A stretch of DNA of 64,000 nt from Patescibacteria group bacterium UBA2773 (GCA_002352465.1 DEIN01000012.1:17484-81483); one strand, 5' to 3'. Positions 9,109 through 19,679 are shown, numbered from the stretch's first letter. Numbers and translations are program-made. The notes: generated from the letters alone by a model not told the origin.

Positions 9109-10908
9109 TTATTTCTTCCTTCTATTAGCAATCGTTCTTTGGTTTTCAGTCAAACACTGCTTTCTTAATCGAACATTCTTAGGAGTCACTTCTAAATATT
9201 CATCCCTCGACATAATTTCCATTCCTCGTTCAATTGTCAGCTCAACTGGAGGAACTAATTGAATCGCCTCATCCGTTCCAGATGCTCGAACATTGGTTAA
9301 TTGCTTACCCTTAATCGGATTGACAGTGATGTCTTCACCTCTAGATGTATTACCAATTACCATTCCTTCATAAACTTGAATTCCCGCCCCAACATATAAA
9401 GAGCCTCTTTGTTGTAAATTAAACAAAGAATATCCTAAAACCTTGCCACCAATCATTGAGATCATTGATCCAATTTCTCTTTTCTCAATCACTCCAGCAT
9501 ACGATCGCATTTCCAAAAAACGACTGCAAAAAATTCCCTCACCCTTGGTGTCCACAATAAATTGCCCTCGATAACCCAATAAACCTCTAGTTGGAATTTC
9601 AAAAATCATTCTAACCATTCCGTTAACTGGTTTCATTTCAGTCATCACGCCTTTTCTTTTACCCAGTTTTTTGATGACAGTCCCTGTATTTTCCTCTTTC
9701 ACGTCAATCGTCACTTCTTCAAAAGGCTCCATTTTTTGACCATCAATTTCGATTTCTATGGCTTCCGGTTGAGAAACTTGAAGTTCATATCCTTCCCTTC
9801 GCATATTTTCAATTAAGATAGCAATATGAAGCTCTCCTCGCCCAGAAATCTTAAAGTGATCATTAGCTGAAAAATCAACTTTTAATCCAACATTAACTTC
9901 TAATTCTTTTTCTAATCGTTCTCTGATTTGAATACCTGTCACTAAGTCTCCATCTTGACCAGCAAAAGGAGAATTATTAACCAAAAAATTCAAAGTAATC
10001 GTTGGCTGATCAATTTCGATACTAGGCAGTTTCTCTTGATCTAAATTTTTACAAATTGTTTGTCCAATATAAACGTCTGGCAAACCAGCAATAATTACAA
10101 TCTCTCCAGAAACGGCGCTATCAACCTCTTGCCGTTGAGTTCCAAAAAAGATAAACATTTTAGTAATCTTGGCTTTAGAAATTTTATCTCCTTCTTTCTT
10201 AATATAAACTTCATCACCAACTTTCACTACTCCTTCATAAATTCTCGCTACTGCCAATCTCCCTAAAAAATTATCGTAAGCCAAATTAAAAGGTTGCAAC
10301 CGAAATTTTTCACTTTCTTCTTCGCCTTCCTTAATTGAGACCGATTCAACTCTAGCTAGAATAACGTCCAACAAAGGAAATAAATTTCCAGTTTGATTAT
10401 TCAAATCCAAAGTCGCCATTCCGCTCTTAGCATTAGCATAGATAACTGGAAAATCCAACTGATCATCATTAGCACTCAAATCTAAAAATAATTCGTAAAC
10501 CATTTCCTCTACCACGTCTGGTCGAGAAGCTGGTTTATCAATTTTATTCAAAACCACAATTGGTTTTAAACCTAAATCCAAAGATTTTTTCAAAACAAAT
10601 CGAGTCTGAGGCATTGGACCTTCTTGAGCATCCACTACTAAAACTACTGAATTAACCACCCGCAAAACTCGTTCCACCTCCGAACCAAAATCAGCATGTC
10701 CCGGAGTATCCACAATATTAATTTTAGTATCTTTATAATTCAAAGAAGCATTTTTGGAATAAATTGTTATTCCTCGCTCTTGTTCTATCGCGTCAGTATC
10801 CATTGAAGAATCATCAGAAACCATCCCTGTTTGACGCATCAAAGCATCCGTTAAAGTCGTTTTACCGTGATCAACGTGAGCCACAATTGCAATATTTCTA
10901 ATTTCCAT
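9109..10908 (-). CDS. typA: Translational GTPase TypA/BipA
   Basis: N-terminal IRNIAIVAHVDHGKTTL G1 motif, DTPGHADF, NKIDK; about 600 aa with EF-G-like domain order. Confidence 0.9.
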   Translation of the reverse strand: MEIRNIAIVAHVDHGKTTLTDALMRQTGMVSDDSSMDTDAIEQERGITIYSKNASLNYKDTKINIVDTPGHADFGSEVERVLRVVNSVVLVVDAQEGPMPQTRFVLKKSLDLGLKPIVVLNKIDKPASRPDVVEEMVYELFLDLSANDDQLDFPVIYANAKSGMATLDLNNQTGNLFPLLDVILARVESVSIKEGEEESEKFRLQPFNLAYDNFLGRLAVARIYEGVVKVGDEVYIKKEGDKISKAKITKMFIFFGTQRQEVDSAVSGEIVIIAGLPDVYIGQTICKNLDQEKLPSIEIDQPTITLNFLVNNSPFAGQDGDLVTGIQIRERLEKELEVNVGLKVDFSANDHFKISGRGELHIAILIENMRREGYELQVSQPEAIEIEIDGQKMEPFEEVTIDVKEENTGTVIKKLGKRKGVMTEMKPVNGMVRMIFEIPTRGLLGYRGQFIVDTKGEGIFCSRFLEMRSYAGVIEKREIGSMISMIGGKVLGYSLFNLQQRGSLYVGAGIQVYEGMVIGNTSRGEDITVNPIKGKQLTNVRASGTDEAIQLVPPVELTIERGMEIMSRDEYLEVTPKNVRLRKQCLTENQRTIANRRKK

Positions 10909-11124
10909 AAAATTGTAAAAATTAATAAGTCACCAAAAAATGACTCTTTAAAAGCCTAACTAGAAAAATCTTTAAATATCATCTAAACAGACACCTAACT
11001 CTACATCAAAAAAACCACTTTGTCAAAGGCTCACTACCTTTAAATTTTATTTATAAAAAAATGATTCAAAATCAACGCGGTTTACCTTTTTTTAAATGCA
11101 AAAAATCAAATTTATCTTAAACCG

Positions 11125-13563
11125 CTAACTACTCGCTCTGTTTTTAATTTCGTTCTCTATAATATCTCGATCTCGACCATAAGTATAACGAGAATATTGC
11201 TTGAAAGCCTCTCTTAATTCCGCACTACCCGATTGAGGCGGATAAGTTTTCATATCGAATGGATCAGATGATTCATTGTTAATTAAAAGTTTAGTAAAAC
11301 ACTGAAAGTTATTGATATTAATCAAGTCATTAGCGTCAAATACTGGCGTCAATTGTTTTTGTAAAAAATCAGCATCTTCAGCCCCAACTCTGAAAGCGCT
11401 CATTGAACCAACATTTCCAAAAACCGCCTTGGAAATATCATCAGAAAGCTGCCCAATATATTGATGGGCGATAGTTAAACACAATCGATATTTTCGAGCC
11501 TCCGCCAAAATTTGAGAAATTGAATCCGTGGTAAAATTTTGAAATTCATCAATGTAAAGATAAAAATCGTTCCGCTCATCTTCAGGAATATCAGTTCGAG
11601 ACAAAGCCGCCATCAACAATTTTCCCACAATAATCATCCCCAATAAATGACTATTAATTTCCCCAATTTTCCCTTTGGACAAATTCACCAATAAAATCTT
11701 TTTTTCATCCATTATTTTCCTGAAATCCAAAGTGCTTTCTTGTTGAGCAATAATTGGACGCATCATATCATTGGAAATAAAGCTGGTTAGCTTGGAATTA
11801 ATATAAGGTGAAATATTCTCCAAAGAAGCATCACCCCCGGCTTTTTCCGCTTCTTTTTCCCAAAAATCAACCACCGTTCGATCCTTGCAAAGTTTCAATT
11901 TTTCCTTCCGAAATTCAGCATCTCGAAAAACTCGCGGAATTTCCATTAAAGTCGAACCCGTCTCGGGACTGTCCATAATTAAAAGCAAAGCATTTCGCAT
12001 ATACTGTTCAAACATTGGACCACCAGTTTTGCTTAAATCATAAAGTTTATCAAAAATATTAATGATTTCATTAATCACAAACGTTTTTTGTTCTGGTCGT
12101 TTCTCATCATATTGAAGCATATTAAGACCAAATGGTCGTTCTGTATCCGCTGGATCAAAATAAATCACGTCTTCTGCTCGTTCCTTAGGAATACACTCCA
12201 AAACATGATCAATTAAATCACCGTGCGGATCAACAATACACATTCCCTCCTTGCCAATCGCGTCTTGTTTAGCCATTTCTTCAATAAAACCTGACTTACC
12301 CGTTCCAGTTTGTCCAATAATATAGAGATGTCTTCTTCGAGCATCTCGATCCAACCGAATTTCTGTTTTTGTCCCTCTGAAATCACTGAAACCCAATTTA
12401 AGCCCTTTTTTAGGAATATCAATTGGAGGCGGAGCTGATTTAGAACGCAACCAATTCAACTTTGGTGTTTCAGTCGTAGAAATTGGAAAATGAAAAACAC
12501 TAGCCAATTCTTCCACATCCAAAGTAATCTTTCGAGAAGGCATAAAATATCGAAAAATAAAATTAAAGGCTATTTTTTTGGCGTTTTTGCTCTTATCTCG
12601 AACTGTCACTAACTTATTCAAATTAACATCCTCAAATTGAGTAAAAGAATTTTCCAATTGACTTAAAATTTCTTCCGCACGCTGTTCAGTTTGAGCTGAA
12701 GCCATAAGCCTAATATTAACGTCAAATCTAGTTTTATTAATTTTATTTTCAATTTGTTTAATAACGTCATTCTCTTCTGGTGTCAAACTGACCAGTTCTT
12801 CTTCTTTTTTTTTATTCCCTGTCAAAATTCCACCAACTAAATCACCAAAGACTCCCTTGCTAGCCTCACTCAACCGCTTTCCTTTTTGCATTTCTCGCGT
12901 TATTTTTTCCCCTCGACGTTTAAGCGAACTATCAGTTGATTTTCTAAAAACCACCTGAAAACAGGCTCCCTCTTCAACATTTTCTAATTTAGAAAATGTA
13001 TTAGCAATATTATGTAAAGGATCTGATTCTAAATGTTGATAAGTTTTAATTGGAAAAATATGTTCCTTTTTTAATCGAACAAAACTACCCTTGGTCACTC
13101 CTTCTGGGCGAAAAATTGTATAATCCTCTACTCTTTCAATAAACGCGCTCGGATAAAAACTATGAATTTGTTTTTCCACCAGTTCTTTGATTTGTCTTGG
13201 CATTGAAACATAGAAAGAAATTTGTTCATTGTCTGAGGGAACTCCCATTTCCATTGTTATTTGAGGTGTTCCATAAAAAAAATCCATAATAAAATTTCTT
13301 TTTATCTTGGTTTCAGAAAAAGTCGCTAATAATTGTTCCATTACCGAAATTTCCTCTTTCTCACTCTGCGTTCTTTTCTCAGCATCTAAGTTCTCAGCTT
13401 TTTTCGGTTTTACTACTCGAACAATGTCCAAAGTTGAATTTAAAGATCGACTAATTCGAATTTTAGCTAATAAAAAAGTTTCTAGCATAAACCAACCGGC
13501 GCAAAAAATTGCTATGCCACCAATCAAAATCATTAAAACAAGAATTATGGTCGTTGTTTCCAT
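11125..13563 (-). CDS. Membrane-anchored VirD4/TraD(TrwB)-like P-loop ATPase (putative type IV coupling protein / VirB4-VirD4 superfamily)
   Basis: N-terminal TM helix; Walker A GQTGTGKSG; family motif IVDPHGDL (cf. DPKGE/D in TraG/VirD4/TrwB); Walker B YIDEFQNF; 812 aa. Confidence 0.5.
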   Translation of the reverse strand: METTTIILVLMILIGGIAIFCAGWFMLETFLLAKIRISRSLNSTLDIVRVVKPKKAENLDAEKRTQSEKEEISVMEQLLATFSETKIKRNFIMDFFYGTPQITMEMGVPSDNEQISFYVSMPRQIKELVEKQIHSFYPSAFIERVEDYTIFRPEGVTKGSFVRLKKEHIFPIKTYQHLESDPLHNIANTFSKLENVEEGACFQVVFRKSTDSSLKRRGEKITREMQKGKRLSEASKGVFGDLVGGILTGNKKKEEELVSLTPEENDVIKQIENKINKTRFDVNIRLMASAQTEQRAEEILSQLENSFTQFEDVNLNKLVTVRDKSKNAKKIAFNFIFRYFMPSRKITLDVEELASVFHFPISTTETPKLNWLRSKSAPPPIDIPKKGLKLGFSDFRGTKTEIRLDRDARRRHLYIIGQTGTGKSGFIEEMAKQDAIGKEGMCIVDPHGDLIDHVLECIPKERAEDVIYFDPADTERPFGLNMLQYDEKRPEQKTFVINEIINIFDKLYDLSKTGGPMFEQYMRNALLLIMDSPETGSTLMEIPRVFRDAEFRKEKLKLCKDRTVVDFWEKEAEKAGGDASLENISPYINSKLTSFISNDMMRPIIAQQESTLDFRKIMDEKKILLVNLSKGKIGEINSHLLGMIIVGKLLMAALSRTDIPEDERNDFYLYIDEFQNFTTDSISQILAEARKYRLCLTIAHQYIGQLSDDISKAVFGNVGSMSAFRVGAEDADFLQKQLTPVFDANDLININNFQCFTKLLINNESSDPFDMKTYPPQSGSAELREAFKQYSRYTYGRDRDIIENEIKNRASS

Positions 13564-13591
13564 TCGTTAAATTTCGATTAAATTTTTATTT

Positions 13592-14023
13592 TTAAATTTT
13601 TTCAATAAAACCTTTTTGAATCAAAACCTTTCGAAGTTCTTCTTCATTAATCAATCGATCATGCATTTGATCCAACGCATAATTATTATTTAAAGCCCGA
13701 GCCACTTTCAAAGCTGTTTTCAAACCACTTTGAACAGCAATCTCAGTTAATTTCTGAATTTGATCCTCCATTTTATCCAAACTGGCCACATCAGCTACTT
13801 GTTTCGTTAAGTCTTCATCGACTGGCTGATCCCCCGGACTAATTGTTTTAATTTGATCTTCAGCTTGCTTGATTTTTTCTTGAGCCTTATTTTCAGTTTG
13901 CTCAAAATTCGCTTCAACTGTCTCCGAAGAAGACTTTTCTACTACTTCGTTTTTTCCCTCCAACTGATTTTCAACAATGTCTTCTCCCTCTTCCAAAATC
14001 TTTTCTTTACTCATTTTTGTCAA
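13592..14023 (-). CDS. Acidic coiled-coil protein (hypothetical)
   Basis: 143 aa, Glu/Gln/Lys-rich; tightly linked upstream of the VirD4-like gene. Confidence 0.4.
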   Translation of the reverse strand: MTKMSKEKILEEGEDIVENQLEGKNEVVEKSSSETVEANFEQTENKAQEKIKQAEDQIKTISPGDQPVDEDLTKQVADVASLDKMEDQIQKLTEIAVQSGLKTALKVARALNNNYALDQMHDRLINEEELRKVLIQKGFIEKI

Positions 14024-14031
14024 ATTAATAA

Positions 14032-15108
14032 TTATTCTTTCTTTGCTTCTTCTTTGGAATCGCTTTCAGCCATCTTGCCAATTTCATTTGATAAATCCAA
14101 TTCTTCTCCTGCTACTTGCTTATTATCAATTTTATTTTCCTCTAAAATTTGAGCTTCCTGATCGGCTTGTTCTTGTTCTATTCCGGTTGAAACAACTGGT
14201 GCTTCAACTGCTTGAGTTTTTTCTATTGATACATCTGATTCGGTTTGAACTTTCTCAATTGGTTTAGCTCCAATTCTAAAATCAGATTGGTCATCAAGTT
14301 TAGCTAAATCATCATTTTCTTTTGAAATCTCGGACATCTCATCCACTTCTGCGACTTTCAAATTTTCAGAACTTGGTTTTTCTGCTTCAATTTCTTTTTT
14401 CGACACCTCCATTTCGATCTCTTTTTTCGGCACTTCAACTTCTTCCTTCTTCTCTGCTTCATTTTCTGGCTTAACCACTTCTATCAAATTCTCCCCAGCC
14501 GTCGCTTCTTCAGTTTTTATTTTTTCAATATTTTCTCTTAAAGCCTTCATTTCTTCAGTTTCTTCCAATCTATTAACAGCTTTTTCCTCAACCTCGGCTG
14601 TCACTAAGTTCTCCGTTGAAACTTCTGGTTTTAGCCCTGCTTCAACCTCCGCTGATTCTTCTACTGAAACTTCTGGCACTGTTTCTATTACTGGTTTTTC
14701 GGTTTCAACTTCAATTGCTGGAATGTCTGTTGCTGCCGCTACTTCTTTAGAAGCATCTTCTTTCCCTTCGTCATCAGCTTGAACTAAGGACTGTTTCATA
14801 AAATCACTAGCTCCTTGTTTATATTCTCCAATTTCCGCCAAAATCATTTCTTCCACCCCAGGAATATTTTCTTTTAAATATTGATCCAGTAAATCTGGAT
14901 TGTCCTGAGCTTTTTCTAAAATTCCCTTAAACTCATCTTGCTTTTCTTCCGGCAATTCCTCTACAATTCGCAACACAATTCTTTGTTGCAAAATCTCCCC
15001 AATTTGCAGTAATAATTCTTCTTTTTGTTTCGGTTCTAAAGTATCAATTCCCAATTCCTTGATTAAATCAATTTGAGCCGCTTGAATACTTGCTTTTAAA
15101 TTTGACAT
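14032..15108 (-). CDS. Hyper-acidic low-complexity protein (hypothetical)
   Basis: 358 aa, E/K/V-rich with long poly-acidic repeats; structured N-terminal about 100 aa. Confidence 0.4.
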   Translation of the reverse strand: MSNLKASIQAAQIDLIKELGIDTLEPKQKEELLLQIGEILQQRIVLRIVEELPEEKQDEFKGILEKAQDNPDLLDQYLKENIPGVEEMILAEIGEYKQGASDFMKQSLVQADDEGKEDASKEVAAATDIPAIEVETEKPVIETVPEVSVEESAEVEAGLKPEVSTENLVTAEVEEKAVNRLEETEEMKALRENIEKIKTEEATAGENLIEVVKPENEAEKKEEVEVPKKEIEMEVSKKEIEAEKPSSENLKVAEVDEMSEISKENDDLAKLDDQSDFRIGAKPIEKVQTESDVSIEKTQAVEAPVVSTGIEQEQADQEAQILEENKIDNKQVAGEELDLSNEIGKMAESDSKEEAKKE

Positions 15109-15143
15109 TAGTTTTGTTTAATTTTTATTTAAAAATTTATTAA

Positions 15144-17765
15144 TTAACCCCTAGAATGCAAAGCCTTTTCTGCTCTATAAAGAAAATCTCCCGCTTTTTC
15201 ACCTGGATTATAAGCAATATTAGCATCTCTTTGTAAATCCCTTAAACGATTTTGAAGTTGCACTCGATGATTTGTTTCAACACTATTAATACCTTCTCCG
15301 ATTGATTCTCCAAATTCACCAGGAAAAGTTGCCCCTGGACTACTTGTTCTAACACTATCAATATCGTTTTCACTTGGTTTTATAAATTTATCAGAATAAA
15401 TTTCCTCCATAGTTTTCTTTTTTACTTCATCCCATTCTTCTCTTCGATCCTCCCACCAATGCTCATAAATATCTTTAATATCTTTTTCAACCGCCTCTTT
15501 CGTAATCTCATCTATTTTAGCTTCATAATCAATTCGGGCCGCCTTTTCAGCTTCTGTTTCCTGACCACCTTCTCCGATTGATGTCTCCAATTCTGCTTCT
15601 CCTAAATTACCAGCTGATTTTTCAAGAGTTTCAACCTCTTCATTAATGCCATCTGTTTGTTCTGCTGATAGATTAGCCTCAACCGGAGCAGCTTCAACTG
15701 GTATTGCTATGTCCTCAACAATTCCCGTTCCGGCAGTCGAAGTTTCCGCGACTGGCTGATCTATCTTAATTTTTTCAATCATTTCATCATCAATAAATTT
15801 TGGAATTTCCAATTTTCCATCCTTCAACTCAAATTCAGTTCCAATCGCCATATCTCTATACCTATCCCCTATAAACTTCTTTGCTTGTGTTTCATTCATA
15901 TCATAATTTGCTACTAACTCTTTCACCGTCTTCTCTTTGAATTCCGCCAAAGATTCTACTACCTTATTCTTATCTCCATTAAAGTGCTCATCTAATTTAT
16001 CCCAAACACAATCGCCTTTTTCCAACTCAAACTTTTTATTTAAGAACTGCTCTTGTTGCTCAGCGACTTCTTCAATCGAACTAGCCCAAGGCTTTTCTAT
16101 GTCCTCATTCAATGCACCTTCCGTAAAACTAGACTTAAACTTTTCTGGATCAATCTCCTGAACTTCTTCGAGCTTCACTCCAGCTTTTTCAATATTATCA
16201 GCCACGTCAGCTTCACTAGTAGCAGAAACTTCTGTTTCCCCTATATCCCCCGAAACAATTTCCAAACCTCCTCCTCCTTGCCCTGGAACATTATTACTAC
16301 CACTCAAAACATCTTTAATTTCATCCAAATCAAACGACCCTAACGTTATTGCAGTTACACCAGCCAACCCACCAATTAAAAGTTTCTCTCTTCTCCCTTT
16401 CCACTTAACCTGACGATTATGTTTATCTAAAGCCTTGAAAATATCACCTTTTTCGGTTTCCAAACTTTCTATTGTATTTTTCTCAGCCTTATCTTTACTA
16501 TCTTCTTTAAATAAAGCTGTATCTTGTTTAAGAAGTCGATGAGCTCCTCCAACCACAGCACCCATTCCTGCCCACATTGCCACTTTTTTAATAAACTTAT
16601 CCTTTAAAACTTTATAACCCAAATAATAAGCTACACCGACACCCATCAAAGCACCAGCACCAGCACTAATTCCAGTCGAAGCCACAAAGCCCAAACCAAA
16701 TTTAGCTGCCTTTGGAAGACTGCTGTATTTATCTTTCATTTTTCCAAACAGTCCTCTCTGTTTTTCATCTAAATTTTCAATTCGCTCGGCTATAAGCCTG
16801 TCTTCGTTTTGTTTCATATGCTCAAATATAGTCATCTTTTCCAACTGACCCTCAAGATTTTTCTCTGTCCCTTCAACCAGTTTCTCGTTTGAAGCGATTC
16901 TTTTTGACTCGGGCCCTTCTTTTTTTTCAATTTCAACTTTTTTCTCGGCTATTATTTTATTAGCAAATTCTGTATACTTTTCTCGATAATCTGTTTGGGC
17001 TTTTTCAAAAGCTTCCTTTGCATCTTTAAACTCTTTATTGATATGTCCCTCTTTAGAGTCGCTACTTCCTAAAAAACTTTGAATTTTTTTAAGTGCCCCT
17101 CTATTTTTCTCAACCGATTGAAGTTTTTCCTTAGCCGCCAAAGCCGTTTCAAATAAAACATCCACTTCTTTTTTCATCTCTCCTGATGATTTTTCTTTTT
17201 CTTCTTGAGAATTTTCAACAGAATCATTGGTTTCTGGTACGATTGACTCATTTTTATTTACCGTTTCAGCTGTTCCTGTTTTCATTTTTTCTTTTCCTCC
17301 CTTCTTTTTCATCTCATCATAATACTCTGCTATATGATCTCTTTTTTTATCTTCAACCTTAATATCGACATCTTCTGAACCACCTTCTAACATCTGAGCT
17401 TTAACGGTTCCCTGCGCCACTGGTGCAATAAGTCCTTTTCGCGTCGCTTCAATTTCCGCTCTAGAAGGCATTTTTTTCTCTCCATTATTTTTCTGATCTT
17501 CTTCTTTTTTTTCCGATGGTGATTCCTCAACCATTTTCAAGGCTTCTTGCTCGACTTCGACTCGATCTTCACTAGTCTCGGTTGTTTTTTCTTTTGAATT
17601 TTCTTGTCCCACTTGAACATTGTCATATTCTTTATAAGCTATTGAATTTCTCATAACTGCTAGGCTTTCATCCATTTCACTTAAATCCTCCCGAACAGCC
17701 TCGGTTTTAGATTTAAGCTTATCTTCAGCAGACCCCGGAGAAAAAGTTGGCATTTTTTCGTTCAT
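15144..17765 (-). CDS. Large acidic membrane protein with central Gly-rich TM hairpin (hypothetical)
   Basis: 873 aa; highly charged N- and C-terminal halves separated by two Gly/Ala-rich hydrophobic helices (GLGFVASTGISAGAGALMGVGVAYYLGY...AGMGAVVGGA). Confidence 0.45.
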   Translation of the reverse strand: MNEKMPTFSPGSAEDKLKSKTEAVREDLSEMDESLAVMRNSIAYKEYDNVQVGQENSKEKTTETSEDRVEVEQEALKMVEESPSEKKEEDQKNNGEKKMPSRAEIEATRKGLIAPVAQGTVKAQMLEGGSEDVDIKVEDKKRDHIAEYYDEMKKKGGKEKMKTGTAETVNKNESIVPETNDSVENSQEEKEKSSGEMKKEVDVLFETALAAKEKLQSVEKNRGALKKIQSFLGSSDSKEGHINKEFKDAKEAFEKAQTDYREKYTEFANKIIAEKKVEIEKKEGPESKRIASNEKLVEGTEKNLEGQLEKMTIFEHMKQNEDRLIAERIENLDEKQRGLFGKMKDKYSSLPKAAKFGLGFVASTGISAGAGALMGVGVAYYLGYKVLKDKFIKKVAMWAGMGAVVGGAHRLLKQDTALFKEDSKDKAEKNTIESLETEKGDIFKALDKHNRQVKWKGRREKLLIGGLAGVTAITLGSFDLDEIKDVLSGSNNVPGQGGGGLEIVSGDIGETEVSATSEADVADNIEKAGVKLEEVQEIDPEKFKSSFTEGALNEDIEKPWASSIEEVAEQQEQFLNKKFELEKGDCVWDKLDEHFNGDKNKVVESLAEFKEKTVKELVANYDMNETQAKKFIGDRYRDMAIGTEFELKDGKLEIPKFIDDEMIEKIKIDQPVAETSTAGTGIVEDIAIPVEAAPVEANLSAEQTDGINEEVETLEKSAGNLGEAELETSIGEGGQETEAEKAARIDYEAKIDEITKEAVEKDIKDIYEHWWEDRREEWDEVKKKTMEEIYSDKFIKPSENDIDSVRTSSPGATFPGEFGESIGEGINSVETNHRVQLQNRLRDLQRDANIAYNPGEKAGDFLYRAEKALHSRG

Positions 17766-17788
17766 TTTTTTATAAATTAAGATTAAGT

Positions 17789-18775
17789 TTAGTTTTCTTT
17801 TAACTTTAAATAACTAATTACCTCAGTTTTTTTGTTCAAAGAGATGATATCAGCTAAGTCTTCTAGTTTTTTCGGTAATTCAACTGACCAAAAATTATCT
17901 AGATATTTACTTCTTTTGTTTTCAATAAATTCCGCTTCTTCAGACTGTTTTTGGCTTTTCAAAAAAGCCTCCAGATCATTTTTATAATCCGCCACGTATT
18001 CCACCAAAGCCTCTTGCAAAAAATCTTTTTCTTTTTTAGAAAACTTTTTTAACAATTTTCTTTCTTTTTCTCGAGAACTCAACTCAAAACTGCCTTCATT
18101 TAAAAAAGAATTTTCAAATAGTTCTTTAAATTCATTAAAGTTTAGGTCTTCTTGCGTCCATCGATTTTTATCATCAAGAAAAGAATGGGCTTTATTTTTT
18201 TCATCATAACAAGAGACTTGATAAACAGAAATTGAAACCCTCTGCTTCACAGGATTATACCCTAAAATCTTATATTCTTTACCAGTGTAAAAATTAGTAA
18301 ATCCTTTTTCTTGATTATATTTTTTGAAAAACTCTTGTTCTGTTTTTGGTGTTTCTTGTTTGTTGTTTTTCTCTGTTTTGCCTTTTAGCTCATCTATTTT
18401 TATTTCTTCTTTAAGCTGGGCTTTCTTAGTAATATGTTCACTTGACTTTTTGTTAAAATGATTCTTAATTGCTTTTACCAAAAGATTAGCATGCATCTCA
18501 CTATTCAAGATTTTTATTATCTCCGCCTTAATTTTTTCTTGATCCAATTCATCTTTATCAATTTTCCCTTGCTCAATTTTTTCTATTAAAAATTTCTCCA
18601 ACTGAGGAAGCAGTTCATTTTCGGCTTTTTTGTAATATTTCTGATATTTTTTATTTTTTCGCTTGATTTCATCAGCCTTTTTACTCTTTTCATAAGCCAA
18701 AGCATAAAAATCCAAAACCTCAAAAGGTAAAAATTTTTCAATCCATTGATTAATTATTTTTCTCTCAGCTTCCAT
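17789..18775 (-). CDS. Lys/Glu-rich cytoplasmic protein (hypothetical), first gene of the acidic-protein operon
   Basis: 328 aa, no TM helix, no recognisable motifs. Confidence 0.4.
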   Translation of the reverse strand: MEAERKIINQWIEKFLPFEVLDFYALAYEKSKKADEIKRKNKKYQKYYKKAENELLPQLEKFLIEKIEQGKIDKDELDQEKIKAEIIKILNSEMHANLLVKAIKNHFNKKSSEHITKKAQLKEEIKIDELKGKTEKNNKQETPKTEQEFFKKYNQEKGFTNFYTGKEYKILGYNPVKQRVSISVYQVSCYDEKNKAHSFLDDKNRWTQEDLNFNEFKELFENSFLNEGSFELSSREKERKLLKKFSKKEKDFLQEALVEYVADYKNDLEAFLKSQKQSEEAEFIENKRSKYLDNFWSVELPKKLEDLADIISLNKKTEVISYLKLKEN

Positions 18776-19108
18776 TTTTATTTTACCTAAATTATTGAGT
18801 TTTTTGTTTTAAACAAAGACTTTTAAGCAATTTTAATTTATTTTCTAATTTTATTTTTTTGATTTACTAATCTCAAATAATTCAACCCAAACAAGGTTTT
18901 ATAAGAAAAATCGTATTTCCATTAATCGTTAAATTTATTTTAACACATAAAAAAACAGTTGCAAAGTCAAGTTATGAACAATCAAGTCAAGAGCTTTTTA
19001 ATTTAAGTTTTTTAGCTTAAAATCTAGACATAATCAAATCTTCAAAATATACTTTTAAAAAGCAGAATTCTAATTCAAAAATACCTCAGTATAAAAACTT
19101 TAAAAACA

Positions 19109-19140
19109 AAAAAGACTTTCTCGTGAAAGAAAGTCTTTTT
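19109..19140 (-). terminator. Intrinsic terminator downstream of hup
   Basis: AAAAAGACTTTCT-cgtgaa-AGAAAGTCTTTTT perfect 13-bp stem; on the minus strand it is followed by a T-run. Confidence 0.6.
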
Positions 19141-19167
19141 AAGATTTATTAAAAATAATTTAAAAAA

Positions 19168-19443
19168 TTATTTTTTTACAGCTTCTTTTAAAGTTTTTCC
19201 AGCTTTAAATTTAGGTACTGTAGTGGCAGCGATTTGGATTTTTTCCTTAGTTAAAGGATTTACTCCAGCCCGAGCAGCTCGATCAGATGTTGAAAATGTT
19301 CCAAAACCTGTAAAAGCTACGGTTCCCCGTGATTGCAAAGTTTCAGTAACTACATCCAAGACTGCGTTGATGGCGCTATCAGTATCCTTTTTACTAAGTC
19401 CTGTTTTAGAAGCAACTGCATCTATTACGTCTTTCTTGTTCAT
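19168..19443 (-). CDS. hup: HU-family nucleoid-associated DNA-binding protein
   Basis: 91 aa; MNKKDVIDAVA...GFGTF...R.ARAGVNPLT..KI.I...VPKFKAGK signature of HU/IHF. Confidence 0.85.
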   Translation of the reverse strand: MNKKDVIDAVASKTGLSKKDTDSAINAVLDVVTETLQSRGTVAFTGFGTFSTSDRAARAGVNPLTKEKIQIAATTVPKFKAGKTLKEAVKK

Positions 19444-19679
19444 GTTGTCACCTCCCTGCTATTTTTCATTTATTTATTTTAATTTTTAGCCAAAGTTGTT
19501 TCTCTCTAAGTAATTTGCTTTTCAGAAATGTTCTTTTAATTCTTCAATAACTGCTTATTTAACAGTGCTATCATTCTAATACACTTTATACAAACAATGC
19601 AAGCTTTTATCCTTATTTTAAAGCTTTTATTTATTTTTAAAGCTTTTCTTGACTTTTTATAAACATTTGTTCTTTGGCT

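Noticed and set aside
10060-10266. Short antisense or embedded ORFs inside well-supported genes (10060..10266 and 12213..12422 are two examples)
   Set aside because: Each lies wholly inside, and antisense or out of frame to, a confidently identified gene (typA, VirD4-like, acidic proteins, rny, UbiA fusion, ileS, pnp and others). The products are low-complexity with no motifs, which is the typical pattern of spurious ORFs in AT-rich DNA. The affected track entries are 2977..3183, 3639..3848, 4058..4282, 6200..6382, 10060..10266, 12213..12422, 13307..13570, 13853..14152, 13977..14267, 15937..16161, 16053..16343, 19223..19489, 20443..20631, 20671..20892, 23132..23419, 25509..25820, 27525..27710, 28842..29159, 28976..29209, 30382..30633, 35152..35865 (several), 36222..36674, 41656..41931, 43328..43528, 48646..48882, 51537..51815, 53739..54000, 55448..55633, 56091..56399, 57178..57795, 58172..58378, 60177..60574, 61040..61274 and 62135..62335.
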